Assembly: GCA_945888065.1 (NCBI GenBank)
Contig: CAMCZU010000003.1
Location: 1,560 to 65,559 of the forward strand
DNA length: 64,000 nucleotides
Reading direction: 5' to 3'
Source: Rickettsia typhi
GTDB lineage: Bacteria > Pseudomonadota > Alphaproteobacteria > WRAU01 > Hepatincolaceae
Both the position numbers and the translations under genes were made by a program. Each line of letters begins with the position of its first letter. Positions within the stretch are counted from its first letter, which is position 1. Under the pieces are notes generated by a model. That model was not told the DNA's origin. It worked only from the letters and a program-made list of their open reading frames with translations, and made no database searches. Positions 30,731 to 40,425 of the stretch are shown here, one piece after another.

Positions 30731-31549
30731 TTAGCTACTAATATTGTTTTTAATTTTTTCTGCAATTATATTAATTTTAATTCTTTTTTGTAAATCATTC
30801 ACCCAAGCTAATGTTTTATTATTTAAAGTAAAATTATTTGTATTAAAAATTTGGAGTGCTAGTTGAGGATTGTTTTCTAATAAATTTAATTCTACTAAAG
30901 ATAAATTATAAGATATTGTGTTTGTTGATGTTGGTTGGGTATTTTTAATAAATATAAAAGAATAAAAAATATACTCTATTTGACTTATAAAAGATGATTT
31001 TTTTTTAAGTTCATTTAAATAAATATCTTTATAAATAATATTTTGAAACTGATAGGTTAGGTTTTCTAGGGTTTCAACCCCTTGTGAGTAATTTGCTAAC
31101 TCTTTTAAATCTTGAAATATAAGGTTTTTTTGATTCATTATAAGAAGTGTGCTTAAAGTATCTTCAAATGGTTTATTTGTTTTTAAGGTATTTAAAAGTT
31201 TGTTTAATAATATGTTATATGTTATTTTTTCTTCGTTTTTATAATTTTGCTTATTGTTATTTAATTTTTGTTCTAGTTCGTAATTTTCTTTTTTAATATT
31301 ATTAATTTGTGTGGTTAAATATTCAATTTGATTTTGTAGCTCTTTGTTATCTAAAGAGTTAGCTGTTTCTACCTTGGAATTTATATGAAAATCAGTTGGT
31401 TCAATAGCTTTATATTCGAAATTAATTTGATTAAAATTGTGCTTAACAAAATATGAGATGTAAAATAAGCTTAAAATTGACATAACAAATAGTATAATTA
31501 ATAGAATTTTTTTAAATGGTATTTTTTTTAATTTAATAGTTTTTCCCAT
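30731..31549 (-). CDS. Mic60 (mitofilin)-like membrane protein, alphaproteobacterial type (tentative)
   Basis: 272 aa. N-terminal TM (ILLIILFVMSILSLFYISYFV), coiled coil (ELQNQIEYLTTQINNIKKENYELEQKLNN), and a C-terminal helix pair with a conserved-looking Trp (TLAWVNDLQKRIKINIIAEKI). Confidence 0.5.
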   Translation of the reverse strand: MGKTIKLKKIPFKKILLIILFVMSILSLFYISYFVKHNFNQINFEYKAIEPTDFHINSKVETANSLDNKELQNQIEYLTTQINNIKKENYELEQKLNNNKQNYKNEEKITYNILLNKLLNTLKTNKPFEDTLSTLLIMNQKNLIFQDLKELANYSQGVETLENLTYQFQNIIYKDIYLNELKKKSSFISQIEYIFYSFIFIKNTQPTSTNTISYNLSLVELNLLENNPQLALQIFNTNNFTLNNKTLAWVNDLQKRIKINIIAEKIKNNISS

Positions 31550-31587
31550 TTGTCATCTCAGTATGATTTGTATAGAAAATTATAGTG

Positions 31588-31622
31588 TATAATATTAATA
31601 TATATTATATATTAATATTATA
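31588..31622. repeat. Perfect 35-bp palindrome (17-bp arms, 1-nt centre) in the divergent Mic60-like / tsaD promoter region
   Basis: tataatattaatatata-t-tatatattaatattata was checked base by base. Each arm ends in TATAAT, reading outward on each strand. Confidence 0.9.
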
Positions 31623-31649
31623 AATATAAAAAATAATTTTTAACAAATA

Positions 31650-32669
31650 ATGATGATTTTAGGCATTGAAAGCAGTTGTGATGAAACAGCAATATCTGTA
31701 ATTACTAATAAAGGAGAGGTATTAGCTCATATTTTGTTTTCTCAAATAGAAGAACATAATAAATTTGGTGGTGTAATACCAGAGTTTGCTGCAAGATCAC
31801 ATTTATCTGTTATTGAATCTTTAATTATCACTTTGCAAGAAAAATATAAAATTAATTTAGATAATATAGATGCATTTTGTGCAACTGCAGGTCCTGGTTT
31901 GATGGGAGGGTTGTTGGTTGGTGTGCTTGTTGCAAAAACTTTATCATTTTTATATAATAAGCCTTTTTTAGCTATTAATCATCTTCAGGCTCATGCATTG
32001 CTACCAACAATGAATAATAATATTAAATATCCTTATTTGTTATTGCTTGTATCAGGTGGGCATACTCAATTTTTAGCATGTTTAGAAGTAAACAAATATA
32101 AAATTTTAGGTCAAAGCATTGACGATGCTATTGGAGAGGCCTTTGATAAATCTGCAAGATTGCTAGGCTTGGGATATCCTGGGGGAAAAAAAATAGAAGA
32201 ATTAGCTAAAAAAGGTAATCCAAATGCATTTTCTTTTCCAAAGCCTCTTCAATATTCAAAAGAGTGTAATTTTTCTTTTTCAGGTTTAAAAACAGCTTTA
32301 AAAAATGTTGTAGAAAATTTATCATACATAGATGATGATATAAAATGTGATATCTGTGCTTCATTGCAAAAAACTATTGTAGAGATAGTGTTAGATAAAA
32401 CAAAAAATGCTATTACAACATTTGAAAATGTATATGGTAAGCTAAGCAATATGGTGATTTCTGGAGGAGTATCTGCAAATTTTCATCTTAGAGAATCTTT
32501 AGAGAATTATTTGCATTGTATAGGTGTTGAATTGCTTGTTCCTGAAGTTAATTTATGCACAGATAATGCTGTAATGGTTGCTTGGTGTGGTTTAAAAAGG
32601 TATGAACTAGGCTTGTTTGATGATTTAGATTTTAAAGTAAGATCGCGTTGGTCTTTAGAAGATATTTAA
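31650..32669 (+). CDS. tsaD: tRNA N6-adenosine threonylcarbamoyltransferase TsaD (Gcp)
   Basis: GIESSCDETA, AINHLQAH, LLVSGGHTQ and ISGGVSAN. Confidence 0.97.
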   Translation: MMILGIESSCDETAISVITNKGEVLAHILFSQIEEHNKFGGVIPEFAARSHLSVIESLIITLQEKYKINLDNIDAFCATAGPGLMGGLLVGVLVAKTLSFLYNKPFLAINHLQAHALLPTMNNNIKYPYLLLLVSGGHTQFLACLEVNKYKILGQSIDDAIGEAFDKSARLLGLGYPGGKKIEELAKKGNPNAFSFPKPLQYSKECNFSFSGLKTALKNVVENLSYIDDDIKCDICASLQKTIVEIVLDKTKNAITTFENVYGKLSNMVISGGVSANFHLRESLENYLHCIGVELLVPEVNLCTDNAVMVAWCGLKRYELGLFDDLDFKVRSRWSLEDI

Positions 32670-32679
32670 TATAACATAG

Positions 32680-33675
32680 GTGTTTATTGTGAACTTAGGG
32701 ATTATAGGTGGTGGTTCTTGGGGAAGTGCTTTGGCACAAAAATTTTCTAGTAATTTTTCTAAAGTTATTATATATGCAAGAGATAAAAAAGTAGTTGAAG
32801 AAATTAATTTACAGCATAAAAATATTAAATTTTTTCCTAATATAATTTTTCAAAAAAATATATCATCTACATTAAATATTAATGATTTATACAATTGTGA
32901 TATAATATTTATTAGCATACCAACACAAAATATTAGAGATGCATTACTACATATAAATAACATTAATCCTAAGACAATATTTGTTATTTGTGCAAAGGGA
33001 TTAGAAATTACATCTACTAAATTTATTTCTCAGGTATTACAAGATGTTGGTATTAATGAAAATAATATAGCAGTCCTTAGTGGCCCAAGTTTTTCAACAG
33101 ATTTAATTCAAAATTTGCCAACACTTTTTGTTGTGGCAACATCTAATATTGATTTATCTAAGTATTTAGCTAATCTTTTAAAAGTAAAAAATATTAAATT
33201 ATACTTTAGTGATGATATTATTGGGGCTCAAATTGGTGGTGCAATAAAAAATATTATTGCTATTGGTTGTGGTGTTGTTATGGGTGCAAATTTTGGTCAA
33301 AATGCTTTAGCAGGTTTGTTATCTAGGGGATTAAAAGAAATGTGTAATTTTGGAAATCATTTTAAAGCTAAAATAGAGACAATATATGGTGTATCTGGAT
33401 TTGGGGACTTAGTTTTAACAGCTACATCAATGCAATCAAGAAATTTTGCATTAGGTGTAGAAATAGGCACAAATGGTAGATATATAAGTAATTTACTTAA
33501 CAATCAAAAAGGCATAGCAGAAGGATATTATAGTGTAAAAGCATTAAAATCTATTATAGATTTGTATAAAATTTCTATGCCTATTTGTGAAGAAGTTTAT
33601 AGCATTTGTTATCAAGGCAAATTAGTATCGGATTCTTTAGAAAGTTTAATGAATAGAGAACAAGTAAAAGAATAA
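32680..33675 (+). CDS. gpsA: NAD(P)H-dependent glycerol-3-phosphate dehydrogenase
   Basis: IIGGGSWGSALA (Rossmann), GPSFS and GGAIKNIIAIGCG. GTG start. Confidence 0.94.
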   Translation: MFIVNLGIIGGGSWGSALAQKFSSNFSKVIIYARDKKVVEEINLQHKNIKFFPNIIFQKNISSTLNINDLYNCDIIFISIPTQNIRDALLHINNINPKTIFVICAKGLEITSTKFISQVLQDVGINENNIAVLSGPSFSTDLIQNLPTLFVVATSNIDLSKYLANLLKVKNIKLYFSDDIIGAQIGGAIKNIIAIGCGVVMGANFGQNALAGLLSRGLKEMCNFGNHFKAKIETIYGVSGFGDLVLTATSMQSRNFALGVEIGTNGRYISNLLNNQKGIAEGYYSVKALKSIIDLYKISMPICEEVYSICYQGKLVSDSLESLMNREQVKE

Positions 33676-33705
33676 TAGTTAAATAATAAAATAGGGTATA
33701 AATGA

Positions 33706-33981
33706 ATGGCAATTATTGTAATTTCAAAAGATAAATGTAATAGTGTTGAATTAAGATTGCAAAATAGAGAAAAACATTTAGAGCATATACACAATTCGCC
33801 TTTGAAAATTAAGTTAGCAGGACCTTTAATTAAAGAAGGGATTATGGTTGGATCAATTCAAATTTTTGATGAAGATGATATAAATAAAGTAAAAAATTTT
33901 ATAGATATAGATCCTTATAAGAAAGCCGATTTATTTGAAAGCATAGAAATTACAGATATGAAAATTGTTATAGATAATTAA
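33706..33981 (+). CDS. YciI-family protein
   Basis: 91 aa. REKHLEHI...LAGPL...GS..IFD...V..FI..DPY..A.LFE is the YciI pattern. It occupies the conserved tsaD-gpsA-YciI position. Confidence 0.8.
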   Translation: MAIIVISKDKCNSVELRLQNREKHLEHIHNSPLKIKLAGPLIKEGIMVGSIQIFDEDDINKVKNFIDIDPYKKADLFESIEITDMKIVIDN

Positions 33982-35291
33982 TCTATTATTTTAATTTCTA
34001 TAGATTTTTTATTGTCATAAAACTCTATGGTATATTCACCATTTTCTAAGCTTTTAGAATTTGTTATAGGTTTATTTTCTTTATATATTACATTAAAACC
34101 TCTTGCTAGAGTTTGTTTAAAAGATAGTTGATATAGTAAGTTTGATAAATAATCTAATTTTTGTTGTTTTTGTTCTACAATATATAAGTTCTTGTTTAAT
34201 TGAGAAAATAAATTATTTAATGATATTTGTTTGCTTTTTATTAGTTGTTTAGGGGGTAATAAAGATTTAGATAAATTATTATTTTTAAATGCTAATTGAT
34301 TTACAAAAGAAATCATATGAAAATGTAAATTTTTTACAATGTTATTAATTTTATTGTAATTCATACTAATATATTTTTGCGGATTAAGTAGGCTTTGTGA
34401 TAAATAAGAATTTTTTGCTTTAATGTATTTAATATATTTAAAAACATTAGTTTGCAAGATTTCTTTTTTATTTGCTATATCATTAATCAAGGCAGATTTA
34501 TAAGGAATCCAAGATACAGATGCTGTTGGGGTAGAAGCATACCTATCTGCAACAAGATCAAGCAGAGACTTATCATTGTCGTGCCCAATAGCAGAAATAA
34601 TTGGTATTGTTGAGTTAAAAGCTGTTCTTATTAATTTTTCATCATTAAAGTGAATTAAATCTTCATCAGAACCACCACCCCTTGCTATTATTATAAAATT
34701 AGGTTTTTTAGCATCTTCTAGGTTGTTAAAATAATCAATACCACAGATAATATTATCTACACTTTTTTGTCCTTGCATAAAAGTATCAATAAGCAAAATT
34801 TTAGTTGGGTATCTGGTGGATAATGCTGTTGTTATATCAAATAATACCGCACCATCTTTAGAAGTTATTAATCCAATTAATTTTGGATAAGGTGTAATTT
34901 GTTTTTTATGCTCGTTGTTAAATAAACCTTCTTTTCTAAGTTTAATTTCAAGTTCTACAAGATTTTTTTTTATATCTCCAATGCCATATTTTTCTACAAA
35001 GATAGCATTTAGGTAAATTTTATTATTATTGTTAAAGGTAATAATTTTACCTAAAATTTTAATTTGTAATCCATCTTGAATCAAGTGTTGAAAATGCATA
35101 GCATTATTTTTCCACAATACACAAGAAATACTTGATGAATTATCTTTGAGATTAAAGTATATATGACCAGATTTTGAATTAATATTAATATCACAAATCT
35201 CTCCAAAAACATCAATAGATAAAAAATTTTCAGATAAAGTTATTTTAATATTATTGCATAATTCAGATACATTATATAAATATTTAGCCAT
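33978..35291 (-). CDS. xseA: Exodeoxyribonuclease VII large subunit
   Basis: N-terminal OB fold (GEICDININSKSGHIYFNLKD) and catalytic core IIIARGGGSDEDLIHFNDE. Confidence 0.94.
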   Translation of the reverse strand: MAKYLYNVSELCNNIKITLSENFLSIDVFGEICDININSKSGHIYFNLKDNSSSISCVLWKNNAMHFQHLIQDGLQIKILGKIITFNNNNKIYLNAIFVEKYGIGDIKKNLVELEIKLRKEGLFNNEHKKQITPYPKLIGLITSKDGAVLFDITTALSTRYPTKILLIDTFMQGQKSVDNIICGIDYFNNLEDAKKPNFIIIARGGGSDEDLIHFNDEKLIRTAFNSTIPIISAIGHDNDKSLLDLVADRYASTPTASVSWIPYKSALINDIANKKEILQTNVFKYIKYIKAKNSYLSQSLLNPQKYISMNYNKINNIVKNLHFHMISFVNQLAFKNNNLSKSLLPPKQLIKSKQISLNNLFSQLNKNLYIVEQKQQKLDYLSNLLYQLSFKQTLARGFNVIYKENKPITNSKSLENGEYTIEFYDNKKSIEIKIID

Positions 35292-35401
35292 ATTAATTGA
35301 AATAAATATATTATTTTTTATGTAAGAATATATTATTATATAATAATAGTTATGTATATATAAAATTTAATTAATTTAATATCCAAAAAAGTAGGTAAAA
35401 A

Positions 35402-37027
35402 ATGATTACATACAATAATTTTAATAAATTAAGATCTTCTTTTAATGTATTATCTAATAGCTCTATTATGGATTTATTTAACAGCGATTGTGATAGAGTA
35501 AAAATTTTTACAAAAAACTTTAATGGTCTCTATTTAGATTTATCAAAAAATTTAATTACTAAAGAAGTTGTAGATCAATTTATTGATTTAGCTAAAGAAA
35601 TGAAAATTATAGAATCTATAAAAGATATGTTTAGTGGGAAAAAAATAAATTTTACAGAAAATAGGGCAGTTTTACATAGTGCTCTTAGAAGCTCTAATTT
35701 ACAATCTCTTAAAGTAGACAATGTAGATATATGTAGTGATATTTTGTTTGAGAGAGAAAAATTTAAAAAATTTGTCCAACAATTTGAAAATGGGAAGATA
35801 AAAGGATACACAAATAAAAATATTAAAAGTATTGTCAATATTGGAATTGGAGGTTCTTATTTGGGTAGCCAAATGGTATATAATTCATTAAAGCATTTAA
35901 ACAAATCATTAGTTGAGGTTTATTTTGTTTCTAATATTGATGCCTCTAATTTACAAGATATTTTAAATAAGATTGATTGTGAAACAACATTGTTTATTGT
36001 TGCATCAAAAACTTTTACAACTCAAGAAACAATGACAAATGCAAATACAATTAAAGAATGGTTTATTCAAAAAGCAAATAAAGAAGCTCTATATAAGCAC
36101 TTTATTGCTTTATCTACAAACGTTAAAGAAGTTGAAAAATTTGGAATTAATAAAGAATGGATGTTTGGTTTTTGGGATTTTGTTGGAGGAAGATATTCAG
36201 TGTGGTCTTCTATTGGTTTACCTTTAGCTTTAGCTTTTGGAAACGATGTGTTTGACAAATTTTTATCAGGTGCAGAGTTAGTAGATAAAAATTTACAAGA
36301 AGAAAATTTATGGGATAATTTGCCTTTTTTATTAGCTATTATTGGTATTTGGTATAATAATTTTTTTCATTATAATTCCTATGCAATTTTGCCATATGAT
36401 TATAGATTAAGAGATTTTACACGATATATACAACAACTAGAAATGGAAAGCAATGGTAAATCTATAAATAAATATTCTAAAAATGTTTCGTATGAAACAT
36501 CCCCAATTGTTTTTGGAGAAGTTGGTAGTGATTCACAACATTCATTTTTTCAAATGCTTCATCAAGGAACACAAATAATACCATGTGATTTTGTTGGTTT
36601 TATTAAGTCTTATCATAACTATCAAGATCATCAAGACATTTTAATTGCTAATTTGTTTGCACAAGCAGAAGCTTTTTTAGTTGGTAAATCTTATGATATA
36701 GTTTTTGAAGAATTAAAACAACAAGGTTTAGATGTTGAAGAAATTAAAAAATTAGCTCCTCATAAAGTATTTAATGGAAATCGCCCAAGCAATATTTTTT
36801 TATTTGATGAGTTAAATCCAAAAAATTTAGGTATGTTGTGTGCTCTTTATGAACATAAAATTTTGATTCAAGGTTTGTTTTGGGAGATTAATTCTTTTGA
36901 TCAATGGGGTGTTGAGTTAGGTAAAAAACTAGCTAACAATATTTTAAAAGATTTTCAAAATAACAATATTAATACAAATAAAAGCTCGTCAACTATAGAG
37001 TTAATAAAAAAATATAAGAATAAATAG
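35402..37027 (+). CDS. pgi: Glucose-6-phosphate isomerase
   Basis: NIGIGGSYLGSQM, QQLEMESNGKS, GSDSQHSFFQMLHQG and DQWGVELGK. Confidence 0.97.
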   Translation: MITYNNFNKLRSSFNVLSNSSIMDLFNSDCDRVKIFTKNFNGLYLDLSKNLITKEVVDQFIDLAKEMKIIESIKDMFSGKKINFTENRAVLHSALRSSNLQSLKVDNVDICSDILFEREKFKKFVQQFENGKIKGYTNKNIKSIVNIGIGGSYLGSQMVYNSLKHLNKSLVEVYFVSNIDASNLQDILNKIDCETTLFIVASKTFTTQETMTNANTIKEWFIQKANKEALYKHFIALSTNVKEVEKFGINKEWMFGFWDFVGGRYSVWSSIGLPLALAFGNDVFDKFLSGAELVDKNLQEENLWDNLPFLLAIIGIWYNNFFHYNSYAILPYDYRLRDFTRYIQQLEMESNGKSINKYSKNVSYETSPIVFGEVGSDSQHSFFQMLHQGTQIIPCDFVGFIKSYHNYQDHQDILIANLFAQAEAFLVGKSYDIVFEELKQQGLDVEEIKKLAPHKVFNGNRPSNIFLFDELNPKNLGMLCALYEHKILIQGLFWEINSFDQWGVELGKKLANNILKDFQNNNINTNKSSSTIELIKKYKNK

Positions 37028-37031
37028 ATAA

Positions 37032-38810
37032 ATGAAAATTAAGATTTTATCTAAGGATTTAGTTGATAAAATTTCAGCAGGGGAAGTTATAGAACGACCA
37101 TCATCTGTAATTAAAGAGCTTGTTGAAAATTCAATTGATGCTGATGCAAAAAACATAGAAATTCATATAGAAAATGCTGGAAAAAAATTTATTTCTGTTA
37201 AAGACGATGGATTTGGCATTGACAAAGATGATTTATCTTTAGCTTTGTTATCTCATAGCACATCTAAATTAACTATAGATAATTTGTTTGCAATTAAAAC
37301 TTTAGGATTTAGAGGGGAAGCCCTAGCATCTATTGCTGCAATCTCTAAAATTACTATTGGATCTAAATATTGTGAAGCTAACAATGGATATAGTATTGAA
37401 TGTAGAGGTGGTGATATATCTGATGTAAGCCCTTTTTCTATTAATAATGGAACTTACATTAAAATTGAAGATTTATTTAGCTTTACACCAGCTAGATTAA
37501 AGTTTTTACGATCCGATAACACAGAAAATATTGCTTCATATAAAATATTTAAAAATTTAGCTTTATCACATCCACATATTTCTTTTAAATTGTTCTCTAA
37601 TCAAAAAGAAATTTATAATTATTATGTAGATGAAAAAAATAGCTTAAAAAATAGAGTTTTTCAAATATTAAGTAAAGATTTTATTGATAATTCAATTTAT
37701 TTTGAAGAAAGTAATCCCTTATTTAAAGTTTATGGATACTTAGGAAGCCCTACTTATACTAAAATAAATAGTGAAAGCCAATATGTTATTGTTAATGGTA
37801 GAGCTTTAAAAGATAAATTTTTAAATTCTTTAGTAAGGGTTGCCTATTCAAATGTGTTATTTGGAGGTCAATATCCTTGTTATGTAATATTTTTAGATAT
37901 TAATCCTAATGAAATTGATGTTAATGTGAATCCAACAAAAAGTGAAATTAGATTTAAAGATATTCAGTTGGTTAGGCATTTAATTATTTCTTCTATTAAA
38001 AAAAATCTGCAAGATACTAGTTTTCAAATAAATAATTCTAAAATTGCTATTGGGTTATTAAATAAAAATAATACAAATAGTCCTAAAGAGAATTTATTTG
38101 TAGAATTTAAAAATAATAGCCTAATGGAAGATATTAATAGTCTTCATTATAATCAAAATAATATAAAGACATCTGATTTATCAATGTTTTCTGCAAATAA
38201 TTTTGATAACCATATTGAAGATTTAAGTGCTTTTCCACTTGGTTTTGCAAAAGGGCAATTTCATAAAAATTGGATTGTAGCAGAAAATATTAATGGAATT
38301 ATTATAGTGGATCAACATGCTGCTCACGAAAGAATTAATCAAGAAAAACTAGTCAAAAATTATTTGCATCAAGGTGTGTTATCTCAAATGTTAATAACTC
38401 AAGAAATAATAGAAATTGATGCTATAGAATATGAGCTATTAGAAATGTTTAGAGTGAATTTATACAAATTAGGCATTGATTTTGATTTTTTTTCTAAACA
38501 CTCAATTGTAATAAAATCTCTACCTGCCTTATTAAGTAATCCAAATGCTAAAATGTTATTTAAAGATTTGATGTTAGATTTAAAAGATATTCAGTCTTTA
38601 GAAAAATTTGATAAAAAATTATATGATGTAGTTGCCAGAATTGCTTGTCATAAAAGCATTAGAAGTGGTAAAAATTTGAGTATTAATGAAATGAATTTTT
38701 TGTTAAGAGAGATGGAAAAAACTCCTAATTATGGTCAATGTCCTCACGGAAGACCAACTTTTTCAGAAATTAAGCTTAAAAATATTGAATCATTGTTTGG
38801 TAGAACCTAA
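37032..38810 (+). CDS. mutL: DNA mismatch repair protein MutL (endonuclease type)
   Basis: GHKL ATPase motifs (ELVENSIDA, DDGFGI, GFRGEALASI), C-terminal endonuclease motif DQHAAHERINQE, and CPHGRP. Confidence 0.96.
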   Translation: MKIKILSKDLVDKISAGEVIERPSSVIKELVENSIDADAKNIEIHIENAGKKFISVKDDGFGIDKDDLSLALLSHSTSKLTIDNLFAIKTLGFRGEALASIAAISKITIGSKYCEANNGYSIECRGGDISDVSPFSINNGTYIKIEDLFSFTPARLKFLRSDNTENIASYKIFKNLALSHPHISFKLFSNQKEIYNYYVDEKNSLKNRVFQILSKDFIDNSIYFEESNPLFKVYGYLGSPTYTKINSESQYVIVNGRALKDKFLNSLVRVAYSNVLFGGQYPCYVIFLDINPNEIDVNVNPTKSEIRFKDIQLVRHLIISSIKKNLQDTSFQINNSKIAIGLLNKNNTNSPKENLFVEFKNNSLMEDINSLHYNQNNIKTSDLSMFSANNFDNHIEDLSAFPLGFAKGQFHKNWIVAENINGIIIVDQHAAHERINQEKLVKNYLHQGVLSQMLITQEIIEIDAIEYELLEMFRVNLYKLGIDFDFFSKHSIVIKSLPALLSNPNAKMLFKDLMLDLKDIQSLEKFDKKLYDVVARIACHKSIRSGKNLSINEMNFLLREMEKTPNYGQCPHGRPTFSEIKLKNIESLFGRT

Positions 38811-39500
38811 TGGTATTAATAAATTATCTATAGTTTTTATATCACATCCCAAAAAAACTCTACCTTGATTGTGTGCAGAATGCCAAACAGAATAACTTCC
38901 TGCGGCAGGATCTAAAATAATATCATTAGGGTTAGAAATTGCAGAAATTAACTCTTCTTGTAATTTTATGGGTTTTTGATGAGGATGAATTTTATTTTTT
39001 ATTTTTTCACAATAAGTATCTTTAATAGTATGATTAGTCCAGTGATTTTTTACTTTTAAAGGTTGCTTTTGTAATATAAGCAAATATTCAGCAGTTCTTC
39101 GTGTTCTGTATCCCATACCAAATGTTTCTTTGTTCCAAGTAATTAAATCAACAATATGTAAATCAGTATTTTCAATCCAACTCTTTATTCCTTCGCATAA
39201 ATGAAATTTATCAATCCATAAAAACAAATAACCACTAGGTTTTAAAACTCTATTAATATTTGTTATATAATCTATAATGATATTTTCTGGCATTTGTGAT
39301 AATAGAACACGTTTTTTTTGTCTTTTACCTTCATTCCCATATTTCATTTTTTCTAATATACCCCTATATTGTGGGTCAAAAAAACAAGCACTAATCACTT
39401 CGTTATAAAGATTATTTAATAAAAATAATCCATCTATCTCATTGATAGAATTAAAATTTATAGATAAATTTTTTAAAATATTATTTTTAATAAGTGGCAT
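38790..39500 (-). CDS. Beta-class N6-adenine/N4-cytosine DNA methyltransferase (N6_N4_Mtase family), orphan
   Basis: Motif order is IV then I. FFDPQY is a DPPY variant near the N-terminus, followed by HPHQKPIKLQEELI and ILDPAAGSYS (an FxGxG-type SAM motif) near the C-terminus. No nuclease gene is adjacent. Confidence 0.8.
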   Translation of the reverse strand: MPLIKNNILKNLSINFNSINEIDGLFLLNNLYNEVISACFFDPQYRGILEKMKYGNEGKRQKKRVLLSQMPENIIIDYITNINRVLKPSGYLFLWIDKFHLCEGIKSWIENTDLHIVDLITWNKETFGMGYRTRRTAEYLLILQKQPLKVKNHWTNHTIKDTYCEKIKNKIHPHQKPIKLQEELISAISNPNDIILDPAAGSYSVWHSAHNQGRVFLGCDIKTIDNLLIPLGSTKQ

Positions 39501-39663
39501 AAAAGTATTAGATTTTAATTATATACTTGTAATATATTATTAATGGATTATATATAATATACATATCTTTGTAAAATAATTAATACTATTTACTAATTAT
39601 TATAGATATTGTATATTAAAAATAATAAGATATTAATTTAAAAATAAAATTAGGAATAATAAA

Positions 39664-40359
39664 ATGAATCAGTTTAACGTATCTAATACTTCTGATATAG
39701 ATGTTGGTTTAAAAGCCTATATGTTAAGAGTTTATAATTATATGGGTTTTGGTTTGTTATTAACAGCATTGTTTGCATTTTTAACATCAAGTAGTCCTTC
39801 TTTAATGAATGCAATATACGGAACACCTTTGAGGTTTGTTATTATGTTTGCTCCATTAGCTTTTATATTGGTTTTAAGTTTTGGAGTTAATAAATTACAA
39901 GCATCTACAGCTCAATTGATTTTTTGGGCTTTTGCAGGAGTTAATGGAGTTTCTTTGTCTTATATTTTTATACTATATACTGGCGAGTCTTTAACTAGAG
40001 TGTTTTTAATCACCTCTGCAACTTTTTTAGCAATGAGTTTGTATGGATATACTACAAAAGCAGATTTATCAAAATTTGGCAGTATTTTAGTTATGGGTGT
40101 GATAGGGATACTAATAGCTTCTTTAGTAAATATTTTTTTAAAATCTAGTGGATTAGATTTTGCTATATCGTTGTTTGGAGTTGTAATTTTTACAGGATTA
40201 ACAGCTTGGGATACTCAAAAAATAAAATTATCTTATGATGGTTCTTATGGAAATGAAGTGTTAAAAAAACAAGCTATATTTGGTGCTTTATCTTTATACT
40301 TAGATTTTATAAATTTATTTTTAATGTTGCTAAGAATAATGGGAAACAGAAGAGATTAG
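39664..40359 (+). CDS. BAX inhibitor-1/YccA family membrane protein
   Basis: Seven predicted TM helices, start MLRVYNYMGFGLLLTA, and TAWDTQKIK ... LYLDFINLFLMLLRI at the C-terminus. Confidence 0.9.
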   Translation: MNQFNVSNTSDIDVGLKAYMLRVYNYMGFGLLLTALFAFLTSSSPSLMNAIYGTPLRFVIMFAPLAFILVLSFGVNKLQASTAQLIFWAFAGVNGVSLSYIFILYTGESLTRVFLITSATFLAMSLYGYTTKADLSKFGSILVMGVIGILIASLVNIFLKSSGLDFAISLFGVVIFTGLTAWDTQKIKLSYDGSYGNEVLKKQAIFGALSLYLDFINLFLMLLRIMGNRRD

Positions 40360-40381
40360 TTTTTTGACTAAATTATTTGTT

Positions 40382-40425
40382 AAGCCTAAAAATTTATGTA
40401 AAATATTTTTTTAGGCTTTGTTTTA
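40382..40425 (+). terminator. Rho-independent terminator-like hairpin after the BI-1 gene
   Basis: An 11-bp perfect stem: AAGCCTAAAAA (40382-40392) pairs with TTTTTAGGCTT (40408-40418). The loop is 15 nt and a T-rich tail follows. Confidence 0.7.

Noticed and set aside
36039-36258. Two approximately 62-aa ORFs (one alternative frame, one antisense) inside pgi
   Set aside because: They sit within the conserved pgi core, have no motif and are short. They are chance ORFs.
38790-39500. Methyltransferase as part of a complete restriction-modification system
   Set aside because: Both flanks are occupied by mutL and a BI-1 family gene with short spacers, and there is no candidate endonuclease. It is kept only as an orphan methylase finding.
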